A stretch of DNA of 63,765 nt, the filler included, from Octopus bimaculoides (lineage: Eukaryota): the NCBI RefSeq assembly GCF_001194135.2. It is 4 parts of 4 records of this genome, joined end to end, with 100 filler letters (N's around TTAATTAATTAA, not from the genome) between each part and the next. Parts side by side here need not be neighbours in the genome. Positions count along the whole stretch, not along the records: positions 1 to 21,484 come from NC_068982.1; positions 21,585 to 32,962 come from NC_068997.1; 2 more parts are not named here. One strand, 5' to 3'. The notes under the pieces were generated by a model. It saw nothing but the letters and a program-made list of their open reading frames with translations. It was not told where the DNA came from and searched no databases. A program made the position numbers and the translations under genes. This document shows, piece by piece, positions 11,401 to 25,450 of this stretch (position 1 is its first letter; every line of letters begins with the position of its first letter).

Positions 11401-14169
11401 ACCTTAATTTATTATTAGGGGGAGTAAAGAAGAATAGGGAGCTTGTTCGGAAGAAAGATCAGAGCAGACCCAACTACACAGAGAAAGTAGGGAGAATGTA
11501 ACAGGAGAATGGGATAAGAGAAATCCAGACAAGGGTATAATGACTGGAGGATCCAGTAAATAAATGGGAGAGACAACTCAAGTAATGACACCAGGGTAAG
11601 AGAATGAAGTTGATAATAAAAAATATGTAAAAGATAAAACAGGAAAAGAGGGTAATTGTGATTCTGTAGGGGATAGGTCTTGGGTAAAAGAATTGTCGAA
11701 TATAGCAAATGAATACAGATGAATTTAAGGTGTTAACTGACTTAATAAGAATTGTTACAGAAAAGTAATTTACAGGGGAGGAAGAAAATATCACAAAAGT
11801 AGAATAAAAAATATGGAATATGATTTAGCAAAATCAGAGAACGGAAGCAATGTGAACGACAGGATTTAATTGTGATGCACATTATCACAGACCTAAACTA
11901 TATATACGTAATATATATATATATATATATAAATGGAAAGAGTGAGAGAGAGAGAGGTACTTAACTAATAATAATCTAATAGATCACTACAGGAAGAACT
12001 AAAGGTAAATACAACTTCAGCGTAATTTGAACTCGGAATGTAGAGATAAAGATAAGTAACTAGATACTACAATGCATTTTGTTTGCCTCTCTTCAGATTC
12101 TCCCAGTCAACTACTTTAAACTAATAGACACAATTGTGGAGAGTATAACTATCCACGTTGTTTCGTTATGCTGAAAATTGTCATTATAACTTCGATTTCA
12201 CTGTTGAAAGTTTTACCCTCGAACGTTTGTCGTGGCAAGCAGAATAATGCTTGTCAGAAAATATGCAAAAAGCCATCAAGACTTTGAAACACGCAACTTA
12301 CAGTAAAATTACTTACTACTAGGTATTCCACACCTATAACATGCAATAAAAAGTATTTCTCACTTAACACCTGACTTAAACAAATGTTTCAGAGTATTTC
12401 AGTGGCTTTTGATATAAAATCATGTGGTAAAATATCACTGAAGTAATACTTATTATTAATAACTAATAGGATAACTAACGAGTCGAAAAATACCTTGTGG
12501 TATTTTATGTTCTGAATTCAAATTCCGCTGCATTTTTCTTTGGTTTACAAGCTTCCGTGATCTATTAATTAAAATACCAGTCAGACATTAGGGTTGATCT
12601 GAGATAGCATGGTACATAGAGCTCAGTTTCTATATTGTAGATATTGCAACCAATCTCTTCTAAACTAGACTGGACGTTGTTAAAGGACGGGTACGTTTGA
12701 TAATGTAGTCTTAGATAAGCTATGTCTCAAAATAAAGTGGGATGATGATTGCCGGAACGCTTTCTAAATCAGTTACGTTTTAGTGCTAAAGAACATTAAT
12801 AACAACAACGAATGTACAAGAAATATGGAATAAATTCTTAGAGCATAGGTCAAGTGTTAGAAGAAAAATGTAATTGGAAGTTGTTTTTTTTTTTATTACA
12901 TATTATTTTCCTGTTATATAAAATCAACATTTCTCAAGGAAAATAAATGAAAATAAAATGACGAATCAATATCAAGATTATAAAACTTAAACAGCCAATA
13001 AACGAGATATGGATATTATGAAAACACAAAGACAAATGAAGATAATGTTTAAATAGAGAATCCTCAATAGCCATAGTTTTGAAGAGTTCAATTAATCGCT
13101 GAGACAAAGTTAAAGAGTAGCCAATGAAAACGATATTCAAAGAGGACTTATTGGAATCTACGAACGGAAAACATTATGGAATAATGTTCTAGGTTCAAAT
13201 AATTATTCTTTCATTATTTTCTTTGTTTCATTTACAGAAGAGATACAGAAGGTATACAAATAATCATTCCTGAATAGCAGCTTTTGATATAACAAATTTA
13301 GTGAGGAGTATAGATAAGGCCTCAAAGAACGTATAATACCGTATAATGTTGAGCCCATACAATTGAGAATCTTAGAGTAGCATGAACATATTTCTGGCAG
13401 CATAGCATTAGAATCCCAACTAAAATAATATAACGAATTAAAACAACCTATTTCACAATTCTCTCTCGTACCTTTTATGCCTAGTCTTCCTTGTATTACT
13501 AAACAAAATACTCAAACAGTATTACAGATTGTGGATACGATTTACAAGCGAGATTACGAAGATACAATCTCTAGATTGCAAGCTTGGAAATATATGCAAA
13601 TCTAAGCAATCACTTTCAACGCCTGCTTCCACATATCATTCTTATTAAGCATAAATACACAACTCAACTAAGAATTAGAAGTGTGTTACTACCATAAAGC
13701 AGATGAGTAAATATGTAGAGTTATAAACGAAATAAAGGTGGGAACAGAAGCTAAATGTACGAAACAGCTGTGATAATCAAACAACTGGAGCGTATGGAAT
13801 AATATATGCGTTTAGAAATCCTCAAAAGCAATGCTTCCATCTTTCATACAACGTAAGATGAAAGACGGAAATATTAAATATATTTGTCAGTCATTTTGTA
13901 TTCTATATATAGTATATTATACTTTATCATATCATATTACATTACATACACACATGTATACATACATTGATTTTACTGGATGAAAATATATCTTACAATG
14001 GCACCTGTAACAAAACACGTGTCACTAAAGAGTATTACAGCTGAATAAAGAAAATTTGGTCTCCAGAACTCTCTGCGTTCAAAACAGTGGTCCACAATGT
14101 TTCTGCAGTGCCAGTACTCATACATTTTGGCTGCTTGATTGAACGCTTGATGAGATCCGAGCCGGTGAT

Positions 14170-15480
14170 ATGAAAACCCGAAAAATACTAACAAGCACAC
14201 ATAATTTCCACATACACAGTGACGTAAACTGCCTCAACCTAAAACGAAAACAAGGCGGCAGAGGCTTAGCATCGATCCAAAAATATCTTTCAATGTCACA
14301 TTATATCCCTTCGGCACCATCTTTTAACCACCAAGTTTCGAAGTGCTTCCTTTGACCAAGTTTGCTTACATGAGGCTGATAACATCATAGCACTTGCAGG
14401 CCAGCTCCTTGAGCAACACTCTTTGTCTGATAACCTAGAATACATGCCCAAGGAAGTCGCACGACTCTACCGCAACGTATCATCAGTTGAAAGGATGAGC
14501 ATTTATGAGCAGAAGACTATGCATGGATATGTTAATGGAAAGCTCCGTGATGATAATAACGTTGATCATCAAAGCAGTTTATCATGGACGAATAGCCGGA
14601 CTACTACCTCCCACTTTGAATGGTATGCATTTGCAATTCAGGAACAGGGGATATCAACCAATAACTGATGTACAAAAGGGATAGAGATGCAGGGGAAGCC
14701 GTAAAACCGATGCAGACTTTGTGGTGTTAACACCGAAAATATCACCCACATCATCAGCAGTTGTCCGAAAATTTCATCACGGTATTATGTACCGATGAGA
14801 CATGACGTTATAGCTAGGACACTCTATAAGGAAATCCGTCAGGAAAATAATCCCGAGGACAAACAAATACGAACCCACAGTATGATAGAAGCTATAGCCA
14901 CTCATAATAAAAAATAATACTGGTGGAATGTACCACTGAAGACATCAATAAAATGTAAGCACAACAAGGCTGATATAAGGATTTGGGACAGAGAAGAGAT
15001 CTTGTGCACAGTTGTGGAACTTAGCTGTCCAGCGGATGTTAACATAAACTGAAGATTAGTGAAAGAGAACATCTATGCCGAATTATTGAGAAATCTACAG
15101 ATACTCTATCCAGATTACAAGTTCAAGTTCAGGCTTATATCTGTAGTAATTGTGGCTTTGGGATGTGTAACACACTGCCTAAACACCAATCTTAAGAATT
15201 TAGGCTTCTCAAAACCAGAAAGGAGAAAGCTAATTCGAAGACTACAGATCTAGTCCATCTGTAAAAATCTATAAAACTTTCCAGAAGTTTATCATTTAAA
15301 TATATATGAGCATGTCTAGATATGAAACTACATACATAAGAATACATACATAAAACATACAAATTAGCACATAAATACGTACAAAAATATCCGATGTTGA
15401 AATTTCAGTGAAAGAACCTTGGATCTAGCTTAGAAACCGGTTCTTTCTCTATTGGCAAAAAATCTTGAAATATACAGATT
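14170..15480 (+). mobile_element. 5'-truncated R4/Dong-like non-LTR retrotransposon (restriction-like endonuclease type)
   Basis: KTRKILT..FH..SDV..L.LKRKQGGRGL; zinc knuckle CRLC..ENITHIISSC..RH; RLE motif HNKADIRIWD..TVVELSCP; stops and frameshifts. Confidence 0.8.
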
Positions 15481-15611
15481 GATGACATACATACGTATAT
15501 ACATACATACATATAAAAATAGTGTGTTGTTTGTGTTCAAATTCCAAGGAAGGGGTTTTGGATTTAGTTTAGAAAGCGGCTCTTGTGAAATAAACCTGAA
15601 TAATGACATAC

Positions 15612-15658
<47 letters not shown>

Positions 15659-15754
15659 CATATATATATGTGTGTGTGTTATTTCATCCATACTGAATTT
15701 TGGCATAAAATGACACAAGCACATCGATCTACTTTTAGAATGTAGTGATATCGT

Positions 15755-15967
15755 TTTGATATTGGTTTCGATTTTTGGCACACGGCCAGCAGTTTGTGGG
15801 GAATGAGATAACTTGATTATATGCACTCAGTACTTAGCTGGTACTTGTTTCATCGTTCTCGAAAGGAGGAAATGTAAAGTCGACCTCGGATGAATTTGAA
15901 CTCAAGACGTAAAGATGGACGAAATGCCGCCAAGAAGTTTTCCCGGAGTGATAACGATTCCGCTAGT
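15755..15967 (-). mobile_element. tRNA-derived SINE (family A)
   Basis: Matches 39358-39592 and the reverse complement of 40188-40419. Confidence 0.7.
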
Positions 15968-17160
15968 TATACATATAGACTGAGAAAAATATGTGTTTAG
16001 ATAATACTGAAAAATCTATAAAATGCAAAAGTAGATCGTTTAGAGGTCAATGTTCGTATCTGTGCTTTCTGAATTGTAATAATTGTAATATAGCTGAAGA
16101 CATCCATTCAGTGTTGATAAATAATATGCAAGTCTTGTACAACTATTCTGTTTCTCCGTATCTGCGTGTCTCTATTTCTGTAAAAAAAATTGCCTAAGGT
16201 CAGAACTCATAAGCATAGGCTCCACCAGGTCTAAAATATGTTTAAAGCATTCTATACAACAACGTCCTTGTAATTCCATCAGAAGATAAAAATGGAAGAC
16301 AAAGCATAGCAAGGCAATTTGCTTGAGTGTGTACGCGTGCGCGCGTGTGTATTTCAATTACACTCCACCGTTTAGGATATGTTGCAGCCTTTCATGTAGA
16401 AAGCAAGGGTGATGGTCATTACTGGAACATCTGTCTTGGGTTTTAACACCAACAAACACACATAAAGCATACAGGCACAGGCTAGAAAAAACCATTGTAA
16501 TGTGGTTTTAGATATACAATAATAAAAGGTCAAATCTTGATCAGCTTTCATTACAGGTATGTCCGATAGATAACACCTAGTCTGGTACTAAACAATAATA
16601 AGAATTAATCTTACATCGTCTGATCAAGGGGACATTCACGTTTAAGCGAGAGAGATGAGAAAGACAGAAAGAGAGTGAGATGAAGAAGATAGAGAGGGAG
16701 AGAGTGATGTGTGTACGCTTGTGCGTATGTGTGTCGATTATTATGAGCTTTTAAGTATGTTTTGGATGTCACAGATTATTAACACGACTGCATAAAATAT
16801 GTTTCCATGTCTAATGAGCATAATTTACAATTACATATTCTGTTTATGAATGTGTCCTTAACATTTGCTTCATTCTGTTATGCAAGGATAAGGTTATCAT
16901 GACACGAATGATTTATATTGGCTTGTGAGCCGATTGTAACCGTGCTACACTTGATTTATCAGGAGAAATTATTCAGTGCATATGCGAGAAGGCAATATTT
17001 ATTGTCATTCTGCTTATTTTTGGAAGAGTTGGTGATACAATGGACGTGTCAGACATTTACGTTCAAACCAAACCTACATAATATTAGCCATTAATAAAAA
17101 ATACGTGACTATGGGAAGGGATATATATATATATTATGTATGTATGTATCTATCTATCTA

Positions 17161-17204
<44 letters not shown>

Positions 17205-17674
17205 NNNNNNNNNNNNNNNNNNNNNNNNNNNNNNNNNNNNNNNNNNNNNNNNNNNNNNNNNNNNNNNNNNNNNNNNNNNNNNNNNNNNNNNNNNNNNNNN
17301 NNNNNNNNNNNNNNNNNNNNNNNNNNNNNNNNNNNNNNNNNNNNNNNNNNNNNNNNNNNNNNNNNNNNNNNNNNNNNNNNNNNNNNNNNNNNNNNNNNNN
17401 NNNNNNNNNNNNNNNNNNNNNNNNNNNNNNNNNNNNNNNNNNNNNNNNNNNNNNNNNNNNNNNNNNNNNNNNNNNNNNNNNNNNNNNNNNNNNNNNNNNN
17501 NNNNNNNNNNNNNNNNNNNNNNNNNNNNNNNNNNNNNNNNNNNNNNNNNNNNNNNNNNNNNNNNNNNNNNNNNNNNNNNNNNNNNNNNNNNNNNNNNNNN
17601 NNNNNNNNNNNNNNNNNNNNNNNNNNNNNNNNNNNNNNNNNNNNNNNNNNNNNNNNNNNNNNNNNNNNNNNNNC

Positions 17675-17780
17675 TGGACTTACAAAGAATAAGTCATGGG
17701 GTCGAGTTGTTCGACTAAAGGCGGTGCTCCAGCATGGCCGCAGTCAAATGACTTAAACAAATAAAAAGAATGAAAGAATA
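17675..17780 (+). mobile_element. SINE family B 3' part
   Basis: CGACTAAAGGCGGTGCTCCAGCATGGCCGCAGTCAAA identical to ~47211-47247. Confidence 0.75.
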
Positions 17781-19289
17781 TATGTATATGGATGTATAGA
17801 TATATAGATATGTGCGTGTATATACGTACATATATGCATGCTTGCATACATACTCATACAGATACACATCTATGCATTGTCAGAAAAAGTAAGAAAGTCT
17901 GTGTAAGTACTTACGTGTGCATGTATGTGTGTGTGCCCTGTGTATGAATTTGTGTATGTGTGTTTGCGTATCAACCAATTTTTTTCTGTAGGCTTCTATT
18001 TCAAATTAAAGTGCCATGTGATTTTGAAGATTTTTATTTTGCTTTTGCTACTTATTTCTACATTTAGATTTTCAAATATATATACATCTTACAAGCACAA
18101 AATGAAGAAATGTGCGGAGTTCACAGCCACCAACAACACTACTAACACTGCCAACAACAATAACACAAGAACGAATCTGATTGCTGCCTTTAATAGCTTT
18201 TTCATTCATGATATCCTCTGTAAGCCTTGTATCAATTCAATAATATTTTATTTCATGCAACAGCAATAAATTCAATTGATAGATGTTTGTTTTTAACTCA
18301 TATTTTGCCACATACACACACATACATATCTATGTATATATGTATGTATCCTTGTGCATATTTATAGATACACACATACACTTTAAAAATAGACACATAT
18401 TATTATATACATGGTGCATTCCTGAAATTTTGATATTTTTTAGGGGCAGCACTTATGACTGTCCTGGATAATAGTAATTTTACTATATCACTTCTGTACA
18501 TTTAATAAGATTACCTGCCACATTTTGTTATTTCAACTTGAACAGCACTCTGAACACACCCTACAATAAACTACAAGTCACAGATGAAAAACAAAAAGGG
18601 ATCGGAGGGGCAATGTGTAACCAGCGCGCAGATAAAAGTTTTTCGCAAAAACGTTAAAATACGAGTTGGCAAAGAAATTTAAATGTTATTTTAGAGGGTT
18701 TGAAATTAAAAGTAAGGAAAAATAACATAAATTGAAGATTCTTCTTCAATTTTTCACTGAAGAATCATGAGTGTTCAAAAAGAAAAAAAGAACTTTCTGT
18801 TTCAATAGTTTTAGAGTGAAATGTTAAAATATGAGTTGACAACGAAAATCAAAGGTTGTTTTGAAAAGTTTTACTCATACGCAATTTGCATATCAGTAAA
18901 ATTTGCATATGACTAAATAAATGATTATTCAAATGATAATCATGTTTATGAATAATCATGATTATGAAAAAGAAAGTGAAGAAAATGTGGAAAATATTGC
19001 ATGGAATTTGAGAAGTGTTTTCAACGTCTTTCAATGATACAGGTGAATCAAGCGTACTGTAGTTCGTTGTCGGGTATAAATAATATGACCACTTGCTTAT
19101 CGGGAAATTTGTAAATTCGATTCAATTTTCTTTTTTTTTTAAGTATCACCATTATAGGTATTTATACACCAATGAAATTAAGAATTCAACTCGTAAATAA
19201 ACGAAATCCTCGAATCCATCACTATACATACACACACACAAGCAGTTGCATATCTATGTAAGTATTGATGTATGTTCGGAGATAATCAA

Positions 19290-19450
19290 ACCAAATTTTC
19301 ACTATTTCGAGCCATTCTCTCATTGAGTATTTCTGTCAAATTTGGTGAAATTTCGTTTAGCCGTTTTCCGGTAATTTTGCAAGCACACAGAGAAAGAAAC
19401 CAAGAATAGTGATTACAATACCTTGCTTTCGATTACGCGTGCAGAGTAAT
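19290..19450 (+). mobile_element. DINE-1/HINE-like (Helentron-associated) short element
   Basis: CAAATTTGGTGAAA..CCGTTTTCC core and GATTACAATACC..GTAA end motif. Confidence 0.35.
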
Positions 19451-20149
19451 GATTAATCTTCAGAATGCAGTTGGGGCGTGAAAACAATTTAGAAGCACCC
19501 TATGCAATGAACTTTAAGGTTAAGCTAGGCAGAAACGTAAGAAAAACTTGTGAAAAGATTATGGATTAACTTATATGTACAGAGCTTATATGTACAGAGC
19601 ACCTGGTCTTTGATGAAACATCGTTTTCTTTTCAACGGCAAGAGCATTATCTACGTCCACTGGATTCCTCCCTCTGACGATGCGGTCAACAAAGTGTACA
19701 CTGTGGAAGTCTTGTGTGCGTGCACACAAGTACACAAACGCGCAGACACATACACACGCACAGGCATACACTCAAACCTAACCCACACAACCCCACGCGC
19801 ACACAGACACACATGCACAAACGGACTTCAAACTGTCAGTCAAACACCTTTGTACTGACCATTCTTTTACGCACAGGTCAAAACACACACTACACAAAAG
19901 ACAGCCCTGCCTTCTACTAAATTCTTCCTACAACAGTAAGCGACAGAAAGTTCTCTCTCACACACACAATACATACACACATACGTACACACACGTGCTA
20001 TTACACACACACACACACACACACAGACCTGCGCGCACGCACAAACCCACGCGTACACACACACACACGCATACTTCCTTCCCTTACACTTTCCTGTCTT
20101 AGAAAGAATTATTTCTTCACCCATTCTCTTCCAGTCATTTTAAAATGTA

Positions 20150-20340
20150 ACCACATGTGAATCGTTGGCGATTTTCTTCCTCTGTCTTCCCTTCTATTGG
20201 ATTTTCCTCTGTTTCCGAAGAAGAGCGTCTGCTCGAAACGTTACACTTTCTTTCTTTCATTTCCTAAGCGTCTGCTAATACATTACATGTACCACGTCCT
20301 CACGTTGTTGATTTTTTGCGTTTGTTCTTTTCGGATTTAC
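20150..20340 (+). mobile_element. Penelope-type terminal-repeat-like element containing a hammerhead motif
   Basis: Contains the motif below; family assignment inferred from the hammerhead type. Confidence 0.45.
20211..20246 (+). ncRNA. Minimal hammerhead ribozyme motif (variant core)
   Basis: GTTT-CCGAAGA-A-GAGC(GTCT)GCTC-GAAA-CGTT-ACAC; 3 of 4 stem I pairs. Confidence 0.5.
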
Positions 20341-21446
20341 TATACATGTGTATATGTCAACATAAATATATATACATATACATTATATACATAGACAATT
20401 ATATATNNNNNNNNNNNNNNNNNNNNNNNNNNNNNNNNNNNNNNNNNNNNNNNNNNNNNNNNNNNNNNNNNNNNNNNNNNNNNNNNNNNNNNNNNNNNNN
20501 NNNNNNNNNNNNNNNNNNNNNNNNNNNNNNNNNNNNNNNNNNNNNNNNNNNNNNNNNNNNNNNNNNNNNNNNNNNNNNNNNNNNNNNNNNNNNNNNNNNN
20601 NNNNNNNNACACGAACATACGCGTACGCACATACATTTATAAACATATACACTTACACAGCCACAGACACACACATACACTCACGGAAACTCACCCACGC
20701 ACACACAACATACACAACTCACAAACACAACAAAAATTACCCAGGCTCCCTGAATATATGTTGTTCATTATATTTCGTTTGTGGTTCTTCGTCTATACAT
20801 AATTTTCTAATACCTGAATTGTCATTGTTGTGGTTGTTAAGAGACTGAGTAACCTCTGAATGATCAAATACATTCTAGCTGTGACACAACCATGTAAAGG
20901 AATTGAGGGAAATATCTTCGAAACATACACAAATATAATCTTGGAAACGGTAACGTACGATTTGGGGGAGATTGTGCTAAATTTTTAACATTTCCGCGAC
21001 CATATACTTGCTCCTACATTGTTTTTTCTTACGGAAATATATTTCCCAAGGGTCAAATCTTTTTAGCGTTTCCCAAGGGTCAAAATCTTTTTTAAGTTTT
21101 AAACCATCACTTAACAGGCTTTAACAAACAACTCTTCCAAACCGAGCCCTACCTTTCAGTTCTCAAAAATATTTCCATGATCAATGACTATCTATCTCCC
21201 TTTCGATCCCTCTTTTGCTCTCTTTCTTCCACCTCTCCCTCTCACTTTCTCTCTCTCTCTCTATTTCTTTCTCTCTTATTCTCTAGCTCATATAGATAGA
21301 CATATACACATTATATATATATAACCTTTATACACACACATTCATAATATTAGACACATGTTTGTTCGCGCGAGCGTATATTTCAGCGAGTGCATGCGCA
21401 CATATATACATATATGCATTTTGCACTGTAAGTATACATACGTATA

Positions 21447-21484
<38 letters not shown>

Positions 21485-21528
21485 NNNNNNNNNNNNNNNN
21501 NNNNNNNNNNNNNNNNNNNNNNNNNNNN

Positions 21529-21540
21529 TTAATTAATTAA
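21529..21540. other. Artificial scaffolding linker TTAATTAATTAA inside a 100-base gap
   Basis: 44 N + 12-mer + 44 N; identical at 33007-33018 and 62266-62277. Confidence 0.95.
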
Positions 21541-21584
21541 NNNNNNNNNNNNNNNNNNNNNNNNNNNNNNNNNNNNNNNNNNNN

Positions 21585-22402
21585 AAACTATCGCCATTTT
21601 ATAATTTTAATTTCACGCATGCGCATTGTTTTTTTGTCGACTACACAGTATAGTAGGGTCCGTTGGGTACCGTCTGTGAGGAAAACAGCACCATGACGCA
21701 TTTCACTCTGCCAGAAATTTGGAAACGACATGCTGTACTGCTTGGCATTCGCACCGTAAGTGATAAATATTGTGCCCAGAGTGATAAAAATCAAACATCC
21801 AGTCAACATCTTGGTGTTTGGAGTGATCACTAGTGATAAGCGATGTTAAGCCTCCATTCATCTTCCCACATGATCTCACACTCAACACGGAGGCCTACAT
21901 CAAGTGCTTGGAGGATGTAATGCTGCCCTGGATCAAGAGGGTGGCTGCTGGAAGACTCTATGTCTGGCAACAGGACTCTGCACCCTGCAACACAAGCAGG
22001 AGAACCCAGTCATGGCTGTCATACAATTTCTGCGACTACATCAACCCTAACATCTGGCCACCTATCTCTCCAGACTGCAACCGCCTTGATTATTATGTGT
22101 GGGGCACAGTTGTGCGAGAGACCAACAAAATTCCTTGTAACACCAAAGATGAACTGAAGGCAAGGATTATGGCAGCATTCACCAACTTAAACAAAGAGAT
22201 TGTCCAGAAGAGTTGCAGGAGATTTCGAAGTCGTCTGGAGGCCATAGTTGAAGCCAATGGCGATTTTATTGAATAAATTTACTGTTTGATATTTAAAGAT
22301 ATTTTAATGTAATTCTGGTAAATATATTTGTTAAATTGAGATGTCAGAGTTATTTTCATTTTTGGGTAATTCAGACGACAATTCATTCACCGCATCTTGG
22401 AT
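21585..22402 (+). mobile_element. Internally deleted Tc1/mariner-superfamily transposon
   Basis: N-terminal MTHFTLPEIWKRHAVLLGIR joined to the DDE part (QQDSAP, WPPISPDCNRLDYYVWG); frameshift near 21838; TIR-like end at ~22380-22402. Confidence 0.9.
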
Positions 22403-22543
22403 GTATATATATATATATTAGAAGAAGAAAAGGTATTTAAGAATCTAGGCAGATATCAATAAAGCACTGTTTTAAACGAGTTTGGTTAATTATATCCAAC
22501 AATTGGATGCCAATAAATGTAAACATGTATACATACACACACA

Positions 22544-22593
<50 letters not shown>

Positions 22594-22975
22594 CATATAT
22601 GCATACATACACATACATGTAATACATACTTACATGCTTACACACGACAAAAATGAATCCTTTGTATTGGGCAACAAGTATATAAAAAATAATACATCAA
22701 AATGGATTTATTGATTTATTCAGGATCTCTAGAATAAAATGAAAGATAATGCTTGAATGGAAAGGATGAAATGTTTAATAACTAAAGTCATTGTAACATT
22801 CACAAAAAGATTCAAATGATATTCAGTCCGACATAAGACAAGAAAGCAAATGGCTTCTTTGTTTGCCAGCGTTTGTCTGAATATAGTCTTACCTACACAT
22901 AATGACGTAAGAATATACACCGACACATTAAAATGATACATACACACACACACACATATATTATACATACATACA

Positions 22976-23038
<63 letters not shown>

Positions 23039-23587
23039 NNNNNNNNNNNNNNNNNNNNNNNNNNNNNNNNNNNNNNNNNNNNNNNNNNNNNNNNNNNNNN
23101 NNNNNNNNNNNNNNNNNNNNNNNNNNNNNNNNNNNNNNNNNNNNNNNNNNNNNNNNNNNNNNNNNNNNNNNNNNNNNNNNNNNNNNNNNNNNNNNNNNNN
23201 NNNNNNNNNNNNNNNNNNNNNNNNNNNNNNNNNNNNNNNNNNNNNNNNNNNNNNNNNNNNNNNNNNNNNNNNNNNNNNNNNNNNNNNNNNNNNNNNNNNN
23301 NNNNNNNNNNNNNNNNNNNNNNNNNNNNNNNNNNNNNNNNNNNNNNNNNNNNNNNNNNNNNNNNNNNNNNNNNNNNNNNNNNNNNNNNNNNNNNNNNNNN
23401 NNNNNNNNNNNNNNNNNNNNNNNNNNNNNNNNNNNNNNNNNNNNNNNNNNNNNNNNNNNNNNNNNNNNNNNNNNNNNNNCATAATGTCTACAGTTTTGTT
23501 TCTTTAATTTTACCCGTCTGCACCCGCCTCACATTCCAGATAACGGTTTTGCGTTGTTCCTCTTGTAGCCGGCGCCTTACAATAATA

Positions 23588-24081
23588 CAGGGTGTCCAGA
23601 AAGTTTCGCCCGATTTTTGTTTCATTGTACTTTGTGTTGTATTATTATATACCCCACTAATGCGCATTGTGTTCGTGAATGGCTTAACATCTTTTTTAAT
23701 AGCAGATGGGTTGGACGGCGTGTGCCGATCGAATGGCCAGCGCGTTCACCCAATTTAACCCCTATGGATTTCTTCTTGTGGGATGTTCTTAAAGACATCG
23801 TATACAAAGAGAAACCGCGAACCGTCGAGTTATTAGCAAGCAATCCGCCACAATCGACGAGGATCTGTGCCAAAAAGGCTTGTCGTAGCGTAGCTTCGCG
23901 TTTGCTTTCTTGTATCGAAAACAATGGAGCACAGTTTGAATCATTTCGTTCGTAGTTATCCTTGTTGCATCATTGTTTCATTCGTAATTATTATTCATCA
24001 TCGTTCTATACAATAAAATTAATTGAAAAACCTACAATAGTTTTCAAAATAAGAATCGGGCGAAACTTTTTGGACAGCCTG
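23588..24081 (+). mobile_element. Non-autonomous Tc1/mariner element with intact TIRs
   Basis: TA-flanked ~30-bp TIRs (CAGGGTGTCCAGAAAGTTTCGCCCGATT / AATCGGGCGAAACTTTTTGGACAGCCTG); C-terminal transposase WPARSPNLTPMDFFLW. Confidence 0.9.
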
Positions 24082-25159
24082 TATTTTAATTCTTTTTGAA
24101 ACAAATTGACTTGATTCTCAGTTAAAACAATTTGATTTCTTACATGATGCTAAAACTCTTGAGCAAAGTATGAACGTTGCTACAATCATCATCATCAGCA
24201 CCAACCATTTTTCAGTTTCTCCGAGAAATATAACGCCTACAGTAGAGACTAAAGAATCAAACTTATCTTTATGGATAAATATATATACGAATTCATGTCC
24301 GTACATTTACGAGTCTCTGTGATATTAAGGAAAGTTCCGGGATAAGCTCGTTGAGTGACGAGCAAAATAACTTGTTTCGTTCGTATTTACGACTCATCAG
24401 AATATGCATTGCAATTCTCACTTAGAAATAATTAACCCTGATACATTATCTAATCTCACTTTGAGCCTTGTTCCTCCTCATTTCGTCGCGATATTTGCTT
24501 TTAATAAAAACGATCTGCCGGCTTTCCTCGCTTCGCTTTCTTTCTTTCGTTCTCCCTCTTTCATTTTTCTTTCTGTTTTTTTTTCTTTCTTTCTTTTCTT
24601 TATTGATCACGTTTATCTTCTGTATTTTCCCCACTTCCCTTCCTTCTCGCTTCCGTTTCTTTCCCTGATCTATATTCTCAATCTTTCTTTTTTTTTTTTT
24701 TTTTNNNNNNNNNNNNNNNNNNNNNNNNNNNNNNNNNNNNNNNNNNNNNNNNNNNNNNNNNNNNNNNNNNNNNNNNNNNNNNNNNNNNNNNNNNNNNNNN
24801 NNNNNNNNNNNNNNNNNNNNNNNNNNNNNNNNNNNNNNNNNNNNNNNNNNNNNNNNNNNNNNNNNNNNNNNNNNNNNNNNNNNNNNNNNNNNNNNNNNNN
24901 NNNNNNNNNNNNNNNNNNNNNNNNNNNNNNNNNNNNNNNNNNNNNNNNNNNNNNNNNNNNNNNNNNNNNNNNNNNNNNNNNNNNNNNNNNNNNNNNNNNN
25001 NNNNNNNNNNNNNNNNNNNNNNNNNNNNNNNNNNNNNNNNNNNNNNNNNNNNNNNNNNNNNNNNNNNNNNNNNNNNNNNNNNNNNNNNNNNNNNNNNNNN
25101 NNNNNNNNNNNNNNNNNNNNNNNNNNNNNNNNNNNNNNNNNTATATATATATATATATA

Positions 25160-25249
25160 TGAGAAAGGGAGATAGTAAGACAAGGTGAGGGGAGACAGAG
25201 GAAGAAAGAGAGAAACGAAGAAGGAACCAGAGAGAGAAGAAAGAGAGAG

Positions 25250-25319
<70 letters not shown>

Positions 25320-25352
25320 GAAAAAAGAAAGGGAAAGAGGAAGAAATAGAGG

Positions 25353-25404
<52 letters not shown>

Positions 25405-25450
25405 AAGAGAGAGAAAGAGAAAGAGAGAAAGAGAAAGCGAGAGAGAGGGG
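25160..25450 (+). repeat. (AAAG)n/(AG)n purine microsatellite block
   Basis: Direct reading. Confidence 0.9.

Noticed and set aside
11420-11830. Purine-rich stretch faintly like a Gypsy integrase C-terminus (ELFGRKIR, VGDR.WV)
   Set aside because: Motifs are in different frames and too weak to call
21529-21540. TTAATTAATTAA recurring three times (also 33007 and 62266)
   Set aside because: Always centred in exactly 44+44 N. It is an assembly linker with stops in all frames, so distances across these joins are unreliable.
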